A stretch of 64,000 nucleotides of DNA from Roseibacillus sp. (GTDB taxonomy: Bacteria > Verrucomicrobiota > Verrucomicrobiia > Verrucomicrobiales > Akkermansiaceae). The translations under genes and the position numbers were made by a program. Below are positions 1 to 9,863 of the stretch, piece by piece (the stretch's first letter is position 1; every line of letters begins with the position of its first letter). The stretch is taken from the NCBI GenBank assembly GCA_051251855.1, contig JBPOGI010000004.1, forward strand, positions 128,001-192,000, written 5' to 3'. The notes beneath the pieces are model-generated. The model ran no database searches. It was not told where the DNA came from and was given only the letters and a program-made list of their open reading frames with translations.

Positions 1-1
1 C

Positions 2-3000
2 CTCACTACCGGACGCGAACGCAAGAGTGCGGCTGCCATTGTGACCGTGCTGGGCGCACCCGAACTGGTCGCTTTCACCAATGAGGCGCAAAACCTCGAA
101 ATCGATGATGAACTCATCCTCTCGGTGGAATCGGTTGGTGCCGGCACCCTCAGCTATCAATGGCAAAAGAACGGGAGCGATATCGCCGGAGCAAACAGCA
201 CGACCTTCACCATCGCGATGAGTGAGGAAACGGATTCGGGCGACTACCGCGTCGTCGTCACCAACTCCTTCGGGAGCCTCACCACCGACGCGGTCACCGT
301 CTCGGTCGTCTTTTCACCCGCTGCGGTAAACTTCAATCCCGACCTTGTTTTCAATGGCACTGTCGAGGCAGTTCTCCCTCTTGCCGATGGTCGCACCCTC
401 GTCGGCGGGTCCTTTAGCCGCATCACCTTCGGAGGCATTAACTACAACATTGACGAGATCGCACTCGTTAATGCCGACGGAACTCTGGATACCAGTTTTG
501 ACCTCACTCCCAACGGAACAGTCTACACCCTCGCTCTCGACAGCGACGGCGGCATCCTGATCGGGGGTCGCTTCACCTTCATTGGAGGGCAGTCCAGAAA
601 TCGGGTGGCTCGCCTCAACGCAGAACTCACTTTCGATACCTCCTTCGGCTCCAATATTGGTCCTAACAATGACGTCTTCACTTTCGAGGCTGCTGTTGGC
701 GGCAAGTATTTCGTGGGAGGCCAGTTCAGCACTTGGGATGGCAACCCCGGCTACTTAGTTCGACTGAATAACGATGGCTCCTATGACGACACCTTCACTC
801 CCCCCGCCCTGAACAGCACCCGAAAGGTCATCCCTCTGTCGGATGGCAAAGTATTGGCCGGCGGAGCCTTCACTGGAAACGGGGTCACTCGTGTCGCCCG
901 CTTCAACGAAGACGGTAGCGTAGACACCAGCTACAGTGCATCGAGCCCACGCTTCATCTTCGACATGGCCTTGCAATCCGATGGGGAACTGATTGCGGTG
1001 GGCGACTTTGGCGCCATGTATCGCTACAACCCCGATGGCACCCAGGACAACTCCTTCTCGGTTTCAGTCAACAGCAGCAGCGATATCGAGACCATTGCCA
1101 TTGACTCTTCGGGACGAATCCTCATCGGAGGCACATTCACTACCGTGAATGGAGAAAGCTCGCAAAGCTTCGCGCGACTCAATCCCGATGGCAGCACCGA
1201 CACCACCTTTAACGTGGGCACTGGTGTTAACAGCGCACTCAAGGCCATCGCGCTCCAACCTCTTGGAAAGATTTGGATTGGCGGCGGTCATTCGAACTAT
1301 CGGGGCGTTACCACAAGCCGACTCACCCTCCTGAACGGTAACCCACTCGACTTGGCCATTGTTCAGCAGCCGGTCGCCGCCGTAGCCGATCCGGGAACAA
1401 CCGCCACCTTTTCCGTCACTGCCGTCGGAACAGATACGCTCACTTATCAATGGCAACGCAATGGAAGCGACCTTCTTGATGGGGGTGATATTTCCGGAAC
1501 AACCAGCAACACCCTCTCCATCGCCAATGTCGAAGAGAGCGACGAGGATGTCTATCAGGTCGTCATCACCCACTCGATTACCATGGAATCTCTCACCTCG
1601 AATCCTGCCACTTTAGTCGCCCTAGGTGCGCCAGAAATCCTCGCTCAACCCGAAGACGTGACCACTGAAAACGGACTCACCGCGACCTTCACAGTCAGCG
1701 CCCAAGGAGCTTCTCCAGTCAGTTACCAATGGTATCGTGATGGCAACATTCTCGCAGATAGCGCCACCGTCTCCGGAGCAACCACCGCCGAACTCACTCT
1801 CAGCAACCTCGAAGTCTCAGACACCAGTGACTTGTTCGTCCGCATAAGCAACGGACTCGGCACCCTCGACAGTGACAGCGTCAGCCTGCTCGTGGAGCGT
1901 CTCCCAGCCTCCATCGACCGTTCGGTGGTCCTCCCCACTTCCGTTAATAGCAATATTCTCGCCATCTATCCCTTCGATGACGGCTCCTACCTTCTCGGTG
2001 GTCAGTTCACCTCGATTGGTCATGCGGGCGGTTCCGCCTCACGACGTTATTTGGCGAAGCTCGATACCACTGGCACCCTCGACACGAACTTCCCTGTCGT
2101 CGTCGGCAACGGGAATATCCGTAGTATCGAACAGGAGACCAACGGCAAGTTCCTGATCGCAGGGCGCTTCACAACCCTCAATCGAAATGGCTCCTTCACT
2201 AGTCACAACAACATCGCACGGCTCAATACCGATGGTTCGATCGACCCCACTTTCGACTCACTTGCAGCCCCCAATGGAGACGTCTACGTCGTGCGCCCGC
2301 TCTCCGATGGTAAGATCCTCATCGGCGGTGCTTTTTCCAGCGCTGGCGGCCAAACCGGAACCGCTTACATCGCTCGCCTCAATACCGACGGTTCGTTAGA
2401 TTCCAGCTTTGTTTCGCAAGCCACAGGGACCGTGGAAGACATTGCCCTCGTCGGCAGTGACTACTGGCTCACCGGAGGCGCGGGTTATCCGGGACAAATT
2501 CGCAATGTACGCATCGACGACACCGGCGCAGTCGCCAGTAGCTTTGCCTACGACGGCACCATGTCATCCGATGATGTCATCCCCACCGCAGATGGCGGAG
2601 TGGTGCTCAGCGCCGACTCCTATCCCTACATCGAAAAGGTCGACGCTACCGGAACACGGGACACCACCTGGCCCAACCTCGCCAACCCCGGCGGTGGAGG
2701 GCCGAACAACCGAGTCTACGAGCTTGCCACCCTCGGAACCTCTCGCAGCATCGTGGCGGGAACCTTCTTCAGCTACAGCGGAGTCACCGCCGGCAACATC
2801 ATGGTCGTCGACAGCACCGGAGTCCCCGAACCTGACTTCGATGCCGACACTGGCTTCAACGGCAGCTACCCCTTGGTCGTCAAGACCGACTCCTTGGGGC
2901 GTATCTGGTGCGGAGGCTCCTTCACCTCCTACAAAGACGAGACCGTAAACCGTGTGGTCGTGCTCAATGGTTATGCGGAGACAGCCACCGATCCCTACTT

Positions 3001-3430
3001 AGACTACCTTGCCAACTTCACCCTCCCTCTCGACCAATTGGGTGAAAACGATGACCCCGATGGAGACAACTTCCCAAACTTGTTAGAATTCCTCTACGCC
3101 AGCGACCCCTCGGACGGACCAGCTCCCGACATCATCTCCGATACCGGCACCAGCATTGGGAGCGACCTCAACACAAACTACCCGGGACTTAGCTTCACAG
3201 CAGGAGAACACTACCAAACCTTCACCGTCCTCATTCCTAAAGAGCTCCAAGGTTCCTCCCTCGAAGTTCAAACTTCTACCAACCTCCAAAACTTCGGTGA
3301 CGGCACCATTGACCCTATTTTCTTAGAAAGCGCCTCCTTCGACGCCTTCTACGACATTCATACCTACGCCTACGATCAACCTCTCAGTATCGAACCCCTC
3401 GCCTTCGCCCGCGTCTCAGCCACTCGCTAA
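2..3430 (+). CDS. Large surface protein (5'-truncated by the window): Ig-like domains alternating with delta-60 (DUF5122) beta-propeller repeats, plus a verrucomicrobial C-terminal domain
   Basis: The frame is open from base 2, and the ORF track starts at an internal GTG at 41. Ig repeats 'LSYQWQKNGSDI..ANS.T.TI....ETDSGDYRVVVTN'. Many 'DGKILIGG.F...IARLN.DGS.D.TF' repeats. C-terminal 'DDPDGDNFPNLLEFLYASDP...FARV'. Confidence 0.85.
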   Translation, partial: LTTGRERKSAAAIVTVLGAPELVAFTNEAQNLEIDDELILSVESVGAGTLSYQWQKNGSDIAGANSTTFTIAMSEETDSGDYRVVVTNSFGSLTTDAVTVSVVFSPAAVNFNPDLVFNGTVEAVLPLADGRTLVGGSFSRITFGGINYNIDEIALVNADGTLDTSFDLTPNGTVYTLALDSDGGILIGGRFTFIGGQSRNRVARLNAELTFDTSFGSNIGPNNDVFTFEAAVGGKYFVGGQFSTWDGNPGYLVRLNNDGSYDDTFTPPALNSTRKVIPLSDGKVLAGGAFTGNGVTRVARFNEDGSVDTSYSASSPRFIFDMALQSDGELIAVGDFGAMYRYNPDGTQDNSFSVSVNSSSDIETIAIDSSGRILIGGTFTTVNGESSQSFARLNPDGSTDTTFNVGTGVNSALKAIALQPLGKIWIGGGHSNYRGVTTSRLTLLNGNPLDLAIVQQPVAAVADPGTTATFSVTAVGTDTLTYQWQRNGSDLLDGGDISGTTSNTLSIANVEESDEDVYQVVITHSITMESLTSNPATLVALGAPEILAQPEDVTTENGLTATFTVSAQGASPVSYQWYRDGNILADSATVSGATTAELTLSNLEVSDTSDLFVRISNGLGTLDSDSVSLLVERLPASIDRSVVLPTSVNSNILAIYPFDDGSYLLGGQFTSIGHAGGSASRRYLAKLDTTGTLDTNFPVVVGNGNIRSIEQETNGKFLIAGRFTTLNRNGSFTSHNNIARLNTDGSIDPTFDSLAAPNGDVYVVRPLSDGKILIGGAFSSAGGQTGTAYIARLNTDGSLDSSFVSQATGTVEDIALVGSDYWLTGGAGYPGQIRNVRIDDTGAVASSFAYDGTMSSDDVIPTADGGVVLSADSYPYIEKVDATGTRDTTWPNLANPGGGGPNNRVYELATLGTSRSIVAGTFFSYSGVTAGNIMVVDSTGVPEPDFDADTGFNGSYPLVVKTDSLGRIWCGGSFTSYKDETVNRVVVLNGYAETATDPYLDYLANFTLPLDQLGENDDPDGDNFPNLLEFLYASDPSDGPAPDIISDTGTSIGSDLNTNYPGLSFTAGEHYQTFTVLIPKELQGSSLEVQTSTNLQNFGDGTIDPIFLESASFDAFYDIHTYAYDQPLSIEPLAFARVSATR

Positions 3431-3446
3431 CTAGACTCAGAACAAC

Positions 3447-4025
3447 ATGAAAACTACAATCATAGGCCTATTGGCTCTCACTCCATTTGCAGGAGCGGCC
3501 ATCACTGTCAGCTCCTATTCACACTCGCCAAACCCTGCCGCCTCTTACAATGATTCAGGGACTCAGGAGCTCACCGACGGAGTCGCCGTCGTTCCGACAT
3601 GGGGAACAGGCATCACAATTACCACCGCTCAAATCGGTCCATTCGTAGGCTGGCAAGGAACTGATGCAGCCACGACCTTCACCTTCGACTCGATCCAAAC
3701 CGTAGGTCAGGTCACAGTCTGGGCTTCCGATAGTGATGGTGTAGCAGGGGTGAGGCTTCCTTCGACTATTACCCTGAGTGATCCCAATTCTTCCTTCAGC
3801 CAAACTTTCATGGTGAACAATCCCGGTGGAAACGGCGTTATGCGGCCGATTACCCTCGATGGATTCAGTGTGCAAACGGATCAAATGGAAGTTTCCTTCA
3901 CTCGGGCAACCACCGGCTCGTGGACCATGCTGACCGAGGTCGAGTTTAACTCAGTGCCCGAACCTTCTACCGCAGGCTTGCTTGCCGTCGCTTCCGCTCT
4001 TCTCTTACGTAAAAAACGTCGTTAA
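3447..4025 (+). CDS. PEP-CTERM sorting domain protein
   Basis: N-terminal signal peptide; C-terminal VPEPSTAGLLAVASALLLRKKRR (PEP + TM helix + basic tail). Confidence 0.92.
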   Translation: MKTTIIGLLALTPFAGAAITVSSYSHSPNPAASYNDSGTQELTDGVAVVPTWGTGITITTAQIGPFVGWQGTDAATTFTFDSIQTVGQVTVWASDSDGVAGVRLPSTITLSDPNSSFSQTFMVNNPGGNGVMRPITLDGFSVQTDQMEVSFTRATTGSWTMLTEVEFNSVPEPSTAGLLAVASALLLRKKRR

Positions 4026-4048
4026 CTTTTCTATCACTTCATCAACTC

Positions 4049-4654
4049 ATGAAAACACTTCTACTTTTCGCCCTTCCGTTGGCCTTTATCTCGTGTGGCC
4101 CCAACACTCCGCGCACCACTCTTTCCAACCTCCCGAAGAACACTGTTCCCGTCATCGATTCTTCTTGGGAAAAGGCCGTCGAAATTTCAGTCGCTACTCT
4201 CGACGACGGTGGCTCTCTCGTGGCTCTACCGATTCCAATCCTACGCGCGCCTTCGCTTGAGGCCACTTGGGGCAAACCGCGAGTGCGCACTTCTCCCGAA
4301 GGCTACTACAGCCTAGCCTATGAGGACCCCAACCGCCCCTTCGAGCGCCTCGTCATCTACGGCTCCCCCAAACCTTTCCCCCAGCCTATCGCGGCGCCGA
4401 AAATCCGCTCCGATGAAATGGTTGATGGCGAACTCGGCACTGTTGAGAAATTTCAAAACTGGGAAAACACTCAAGTCATGGGAAACACCGTCCTCTGGTT
4501 CACCGAAAGCACTGGTGGCGGAGCCGATGGCACCTACTACTCCACCGTAGGTATCCGCCTCACCGGACCCGATGACCGCATAGGATACTATCGTCTTGTT
4601 ATTGAATCCATTACCAAACAAGCTCCCGCTCGCTTTTCCAAAGTGGGCTGGTAA
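4049..4654 (+). CDS. Putative lipoprotein, paralog 1 of a tandem triplet
   Basis: Lipobox-like LAFISC; shares motifs with the next two ORFs (GYYRLVIES...APARFSKV.W). Confidence 0.8.
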   Translation: MKTLLLFALPLAFISCGPNTPRTTLSNLPKNTVPVIDSSWEKAVEISVATLDDGGSLVALPIPILRAPSLEATWGKPRVRTSPEGYYSLAYEDPNRPFERLVIYGSPKPFPQPIAAPKIRSDEMVDGELGTVEKFQNWENTQVMGNTVLWFTESTGGGADGTYYSTVGIRLTGPDDRIGYYRLVIESITKQAPARFSKVGW

Positions 4655-4666
4655 ACTTCTTTCGCA

Positions 4667-5224
4667 ATGAAAAGCCTCATTCCTTTTCTCGCCATCGTCG
4701 CGCTTGGACTCAGCGCTTGTAGCTCCATCGACACTCCTACCACCTCTGACATTCCCCTCATCGCTCCCACAACCACTCTGGATGTTGACGTCTCTGTCCT
4801 TATCGCCAAGGACCTCAGCAAGGGTTGGAAACAAGAGTGGGGTGAGTCAGACGATCGTCAGTCCTTCGAAAATCGCTATAAACACGAAAGTGATCCTTTC
4901 GAACAACTTATTATTTACGGTTCCACCAAACCCTTCCCCAAGTTGGCGAATCCTCCCCTTCTCACCAAGCCCTCCACGGATGGCCCTTCCCATGACAACC
5001 CGGGTATCAAAATTCCTCAAAGTTGGAAATCCACCAAAGTGATGGGCAAGACCGTCCGATACTACAAAGAGGACGTTCCTGACGGAGCAGATGGGAACTA
5101 TTACTCCACCGAGGGATTCTCACTCACGGACTCCTATGGCAAGAAGGGCTACTACCGCCTCGTGATTGAAAGCGTCACCGGAGCTGCGCCCGCGAGGTTT
5201 TCGAAAGTTTCTTGGGACTACTAA
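4667..5224 (+). CDS. Putative lipoprotein, paralog 2
   Basis: Lipobox LGLSAC; DPFEQLIIYGSTKPFP, DGNYYSTEGF, GYYRLVIESVTGAAPARFSKVSW. Confidence 0.8.
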   Translation: MKSLIPFLAIVALGLSACSSIDTPTTSDIPLIAPTTTLDVDVSVLIAKDLSKGWKQEWGESDDRQSFENRYKHESDPFEQLIIYGSTKPFPKLANPPLLTKPSTDGPSHDNPGIKIPQSWKSTKVMGKTVRYYKEDVPDGADGNYYSTEGFSLTDSYGKKGYYRLVIESVTGAAPARFSKVSWDY

Positions 5225-5225
5225 A

Positions 5226-5822
5226 ATGAAAACTACTCTACACCTCACTCTTGCGTGCACCTTCAGCTTCCTCACTTGGTCTTGCAACTCGACCTCCCAC
5301 TCACCCGAATCACCCAAAACACCAGAAGTCACTCCCAGTGAAGTGGCCGACAAAAAGTGGCGTGCGCATCAAACCGAACTCCGCGAATCGCTAAACGAAA
5401 CCAAGTCCCTCTCGGCAATCAAGGTTCCGATCTTAAAGTCTACCTACCTGGAGAAAAGATGGGGAAAACCAAGCATTTCCACCTCCTCTGACGGCCTCTA
5501 TCGACTCTACTACGACGACCCCGAGAGTTCCTTCGACAACTTCACGATCATCGGTTCGTCTGAACCACTGGTTACTTTCGGCGATACTCCCCCGCCAATC
5601 AGTGGCATGGGAACCTCGATTCCCCAAGAGTGGAAGACCACCACCATCATGAACCAAAACGTGAATTACTTTGTTGAAACCTCCGGCGGAAACAATGGTG
5701 AAATGTGGGCCACCGAAGCCTTCACCCGCACCTCCCCTGACGGACGTGTGGGTTACTATCGCCTGCAAACCGAGTTCAACGACTTGGACGCTCCAGACCG
5801 CTTTTCTGAGGTTAGCTGGTAG
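5226..5822 (+). CDS. Putative lipoprotein, paralog 3
   Basis: ATG at 5226 just after the previous stop gives MKTTLHLTLACTFSFLTWSC; WGKP..STS.DG.Y.L.Y.DP; GYYRL...APDRFSEVSW. Confidence 0.78.
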   Translation: MKTTLHLTLACTFSFLTWSCNSTSHSPESPKTPEVTPSEVADKKWRAHQTELRESLNETKSLSAIKVPILKSTYLEKRWGKPSISTSSDGLYRLYYDDPESSFDNFTIIGSSEPLVTFGDTPPPISGMGTSIPQEWKTTTIMNQNVNYFVETSGGNNGEMWATEAFTRTSPDGRVGYYRLQTEFNDLDAPDRFSEVSW

Positions 5823-5866
5823 CCGACGCATCCTCCTACAATCGACTTCGGGAGCAAGCCAGGATT

Positions 5867-8800
5867 CTACTTCAAAGCCTTGGCTATCATCTTCTCGCTT
5901 ACCTTCCCCTCCCGCGGAACACCCGGGGCAAAGAGCTGAATCCGCCATTCCTCGAACAACCAGCCCACCTGCCAAAGCCTAGCAGCCTCGGGCCTCTCGC
6001 GCCATTGCCTTAACCAGTCCAGCCAGAGCACATCCAACTGACGCCGCTTCTCTTCATCCTTCACCAATGGCAAGCTTTCCATCCGCTTAATCCGCTCCTC
6101 GATAGCATCAAAGTGACGCGCAAATCTCAAAGCGCGTCGTGCGCCCGCCCTCCAGAGAAATCCATCCCTTGCCAACCACTCAAGCTCCTCTCCCAAGTCC
6201 GCCACTGTCTCGATGTAGAGCTTTTCGTCCGCTTTCCCGCGAATCCATTTACTAGAATTCTCGTAACTCTCAGCCGCTCGTTCCAATTCAGCTGAAATAT
6301 TCTTTGCCATATCCAACACCCAACCCCGCGCAGTCTCCGATGCAGCGGCAAATTCCTCCGCTGTGCGAGGCAGCTCATCAGACTTCTTCAAAAAAGCCCC
6401 CTCTACCGCCGCACGAATCACCTGCATATCGAGCGCCTCACTCTGATTAGGCCCAAAGACTAATTTTGCCAGCGGTCGTAAGAACCCTCGCTTTAAATGC
6501 CCTCGCAATAGCGGCTCATGGTCTAACCAAAACAAGCGCACCACTCCGGCGCGATGACTCTCCTCAGCTTCTTCTGCATCCAGGAACGCGCGCGTCCCCA
6601 CCGAACTCCCCTCATCCACCAACCCTGGAAAAACCCCGTCCACCTCCTTGGGTAAATCCCCAAAGCTCCAGAACGTCCCTCCTGTCATTTCCCACTCCTC
6701 ATTCGCCGCCGCCTCGCGCCGAGAACGGAGCAATCCCGCCAACTTTTCCTTGAGCTCGCGGACATCAGCAGAAAATCCGAGCACCTCTCCCTTCTCATCA
6801 CGCACCGTCACTGTTGGACGCAAGCAAGAAGGCAGACGCGACTCATCGAACATGGAAGGTTCGATCACCACCCCCGCAATCTTGGATAAAAACTCACCGA
6901 GCGCCTCTAACAAATCAACCTGCGGCTCCCAACCAGTCCACTCCTTCAAGAAATCATCTGCAGTCCCCTTCACTGGTTGAAAGCGCGTTCGCCAATCCTT
7001 GGGGAGGCTCCGAATCAACAATTCCACCCTCTCCTCTAACAACCCCGGAACCACCCAACCAGGCAAGTAGTCTGGTAGATGCGGCAATTCCGAAAGCTCC
7101 AGCTCAAAAACCAACCCGTCATCATCTGCCTCAGCATCACAAACATAATCCACCAGCCACTCGCGGCCGCCATGCTCGATGACATCGGGAAACAGCATCA
7201 AGCGACTCTCGATCCCCTCCTCCCACACCACATCCCGAATCCCAATCATGACCTTCTCCTCATTGTCCCCCTGACGCCGCCACTGATTGAAGCCCTTTGC
7301 CGTCGTCGCCTCAACCGGAATACGCGAGAAATAGAAATCATAAGCGTAGTCCTCCAGCCACAATCCTCCCACCCGCCGCAATTTACGCTCCGCTGCCGCC
7401 ACTTGTTGACGCACCTTACCCAATCTCTCTAAACACGGAATCTGCCCCTTCAGCTTTCCATCCAAGATTGCCTCCCTTACAAAAACCTCATGTGCCGCCT
7501 TAGGCGAAACCCTCCCGAAGAACACTGGCCTCCCCGGCACTATCGTCAGCCCTCCTAACAGGACTGTCTCCTTTCCATAGACCGCGCCGTGCTGCTCATC
7601 CCAATAGGGCGAGTGATAACGCTTCTTGCAAAGGTGCGGAGCCACCTCCTCCACCCACTCCGATTGCATCCAAGCCACCTTACGCGCCCACAAGCGCGAA
7701 GTCTCCACCAACTCAAAAGCCAAGACCCACTCCGGCCGCTTCTTTTCTTTAAACAAACCTGAACCCGGAAAAATCGCAAAGCCCATTCCCCCCAGACCTT
7801 TATAGAGCTTCTTCTCCTTATCCCAGAGGCCAATCGAGCGCGGCATCCCCGCCAAGAGCGCGCAATGAATCTCCTTATAATACTTTGCCGCCCGATTCCG
7901 CGATCCCTTCGCCTCACCTACTTCGACATCAAAAGTCTCCCCTCTGGGATTCGGGCGCTGACCTTTGCCGCAAAAACTACGCTCAATCTCCCCCACCACC
8001 TGGTCCCACTCCGTCAATCGACGGAAATTGCAAAAGTTCTTCTGACAGAATTTACGCAACTGATTCCTCTGAAACCGCCCCTTAGGATCCCGTAACTTCG
8101 CCACTCCATTCCAAATCTTCAGCAAGGCCACAAAGTCCGAACGACCATCGCGAAACTTCGCCTGCGCCTGATTCGCCGCAGCTTCTTTTCCCTCCGGCCG
8201 CTCTCGCACATCCATCACTGACAGCCCACCCACAATCACCAGCATCTCAGCCAGAATACCCCGCGTCTCCGCCTCCACCAACATCCGGCCCAACCTCGGG
8301 TCCAGTGGCAACCGCGCTAAACGGAGCCCAGTCTCAGAAAGACCGTTGCGACCATCGGATTGTAAAGCATCCACCTCATCCAGGGTCTTCATGCCTTCCT
8401 TAATCGCCTTCGAGTTTGGTGGATCGACAAAAGGAAAATCCTCAATTTCGCCCAATCCGAGCGCCTTCATCTTCAGAATCACTCCCGCCAACGAACTTCT
8501 TCGAATCTCCGGATCAGTGAACTCCGACGCTTCCTCCAGATCCAACTCATCATAAAGCTTCACACAAACACCCTCGCGCACCCGCCCACAACGACCTCGT
8601 CGCTGACGCGCACTCGCTTGCGAAATCTGCTCAATCTGCAAGCGCTGAATCCCCCGCTGCGGCGACCACCTGCTCACCCGTGCCAGCCCACTGTCTATCA
8701 CGTAGACAATGCCCGGGATCGTCAACGAGGTCTCCGCCACATTCGTCGCCAGCACAATGCGCCGCTTGCGACTCGATTGAAAAATGCGCTGCTGATCCCC

Positions 8801-9589
8801 CATCGATAGTCTCGCAAAAACCGGCAAGACCTCGGTATCACGAAACCCTCGGTCCTCCACCGCATTGGCCGCTTCCCGAATTTCACGTTCCCCTGGCAAA
8901 AAGACCAAGACATCCCCCGTTCGGTCATAAGCATCGACCCACTCCACCCCGCGCACCACTTGGTCCGCTAGATATTCACTATTGGTCGAAGGCAAAAAGA
9001 AATCCTCAACCGGAAAGGTCCGCCCCTCCACCATCACCATCGGAGCTTTGAAAAAGAACTCCGAGAATCTTCCCGCATCCAAAGTCGCCGACGAAATCAC
9101 CACCCGCAAATCCTTCCGTCGCTGAATGAGCTGATTAAGAATCCCCAGCAGAAAATCAATATTCAGGGACCGCTCATGCGCCTCATCGATAATGATGGTA
9201 TGATACTTCCGCAGATTTCGGTCCCCCTGCAGCTCCGCCAACAGAATTCCGTCGGTCATGAACTTCACCTGCGTATCCTTAGTCGTCCGCTTGTCGAAGC
9301 GCACCTCATGTCCCACCTCATTTCCCGATTGAACCGAAAGCTCCTCCGCCACCCGCTTCGCCACGCTCGTCGCTGCCAACCTCCGCGGCTGCGTACACCC
9401 CACCATGCCCGTCCGCCCTTCAGAGAGCGCCAACTCCAGCGCCATCTTGGGCAGCTGCGTCGTCTTCCCCGACCCCGTCTCACCCACCACCACCACCACC
9501 TGCGCCGAGCGCATGGCCTCGATAATCTCTTCCTTGCGTGAAGAAACCGGGAGTTCTGGATAAGTGATTCTCAAATCAGCGGGCCCCAC
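5867..9589 (-). CDS. hrpA: ATP-dependent RNA helicase HrpA (DEAH box, C-terminal DUF3418)
   Basis: GETGSGKTTQLP, CTQPRRLAA, IIIDEAHERS, SATLD, ATNVAETSLTIPGI, QRRGRCGR; HrpA-type C-terminus 'EEWRIQLFAP...VSEK'. Confidence 0.93.
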   Translation of the reverse strand: MGPADLRITYPELPVSSRKEEIIEAMRSAQVVVVVGETGSGKTTQLPKMALELALSEGRTGMVGCTQPRRLAATSVAKRVAEELSVQSGNEVGHEVRFDKRTTKDTQVKFMTDGILLAELQGDRNLRKYHTIIIDEAHERSLNIDFLLGILNQLIQRRKDLRVVISSATLDAGRFSEFFFKAPMVMVEGRTFPVEDFFLPSTNSEYLADQVVRGVEWVDAYDRTGDVLVFLPGEREIREAANAVEDRGFRDTEVLPVFARLSMGDQQRIFQSSRKRRIVLATNVAETSLTIPGIVYVIDSGLARVSRWSPQRGIQRLQIEQISQASARQRRGRCGRVREGVCVKLYDELDLEEASEFTDPEIRRSSLAGVILKMKALGLGEIEDFPFVDPPNSKAIKEGMKTLDEVDALQSDGRNGLSETGLRLARLPLDPRLGRMLVEAETRGILAEMLVIVGGLSVMDVRERPEGKEAAANQAQAKFRDGRSDFVALLKIWNGVAKLRDPKGRFQRNQLRKFCQKNFCNFRRLTEWDQVVGEIERSFCGKGQRPNPRGETFDVEVGEAKGSRNRAAKYYKEIHCALLAGMPRSIGLWDKEKKLYKGLGGMGFAIFPGSGLFKEKKRPEWVLAFELVETSRLWARKVAWMQSEWVEEVAPHLCKKRYHSPYWDEQHGAVYGKETVLLGGLTIVPGRPVFFGRVSPKAAHEVFVREAILDGKLKGQIPCLERLGKVRQQVAAAERKLRRVGGLWLEDYAYDFYFSRIPVEATTAKGFNQWRRQGDNEEKVMIGIRDVVWEEGIESRLMLFPDVIEHGGREWLVDYVCDAEADDDGLVFELELSELPHLPDYLPGWVVPGLLEERVELLIRSLPKDWRTRFQPVKGTADDFLKEWTGWEPQVDLLEALGEFLSKIAGVVIEPSMFDESRLPSCLRPTVTVRDEKGEVLGFSADVRELKEKLAGLLRSRREAAANEEWEMTGGTFWSFGDLPKEVDGVFPGLVDEGSSVGTRAFLDAEEAEESHRAGVVRLFWLDHEPLLRGHLKRGFLRPLAKLVFGPNQSEALDMQVIRAAVEGAFLKKSDELPRTAEEFAAASETARGWVLDMAKNISAELERAAESYENSSKWIRGKADEKLYIETVADLGEELEWLARDGFLWRAGARRALRFARHFDAIEERIKRMESLPLVKDEEKRRQLDVLWLDWLRQWRERPEAARLWQVGWLFEEWRIQLFAPGVPREGKVSEKMIAKALK

Positions 9590-9759
9590 TCATCAGCCAG
9601 AGAGCCTTCAAACTCAAGCCCACATCCTCTTCTCTTTAAGTTCCCCAATATTTTCGGCCCGAGAAGGAGCCCCTCGCCCTTTCTGTCAAAACTGGAACAT
9701 GGATTGCTTAAAACCAAGACAGTCTTGAGCGAAAAAGTCGCCTTCTTAGACAATCCAAC

Positions 9760-9793
9760 AAAGAGGCAAAGGCTTGGTCGCCTTTGCCTCTTT
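9760..9793. terminator. Perfect 14-bp inverted repeat (terminator or REP-like hairpin) between the aminopeptidase gene and hrpA
   Basis: AAAGAGGCAAAGGC-ttggtc-GCCTTTGCCTCTTT. Confidence 0.55.
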
Positions 9794-9863
9794 CTTATCG
9801 GGAATTCTATTGGAAATTCCGTATCCAAAACCGCACTAATCGCCCCCCAAAGTTCTCCTCTCC

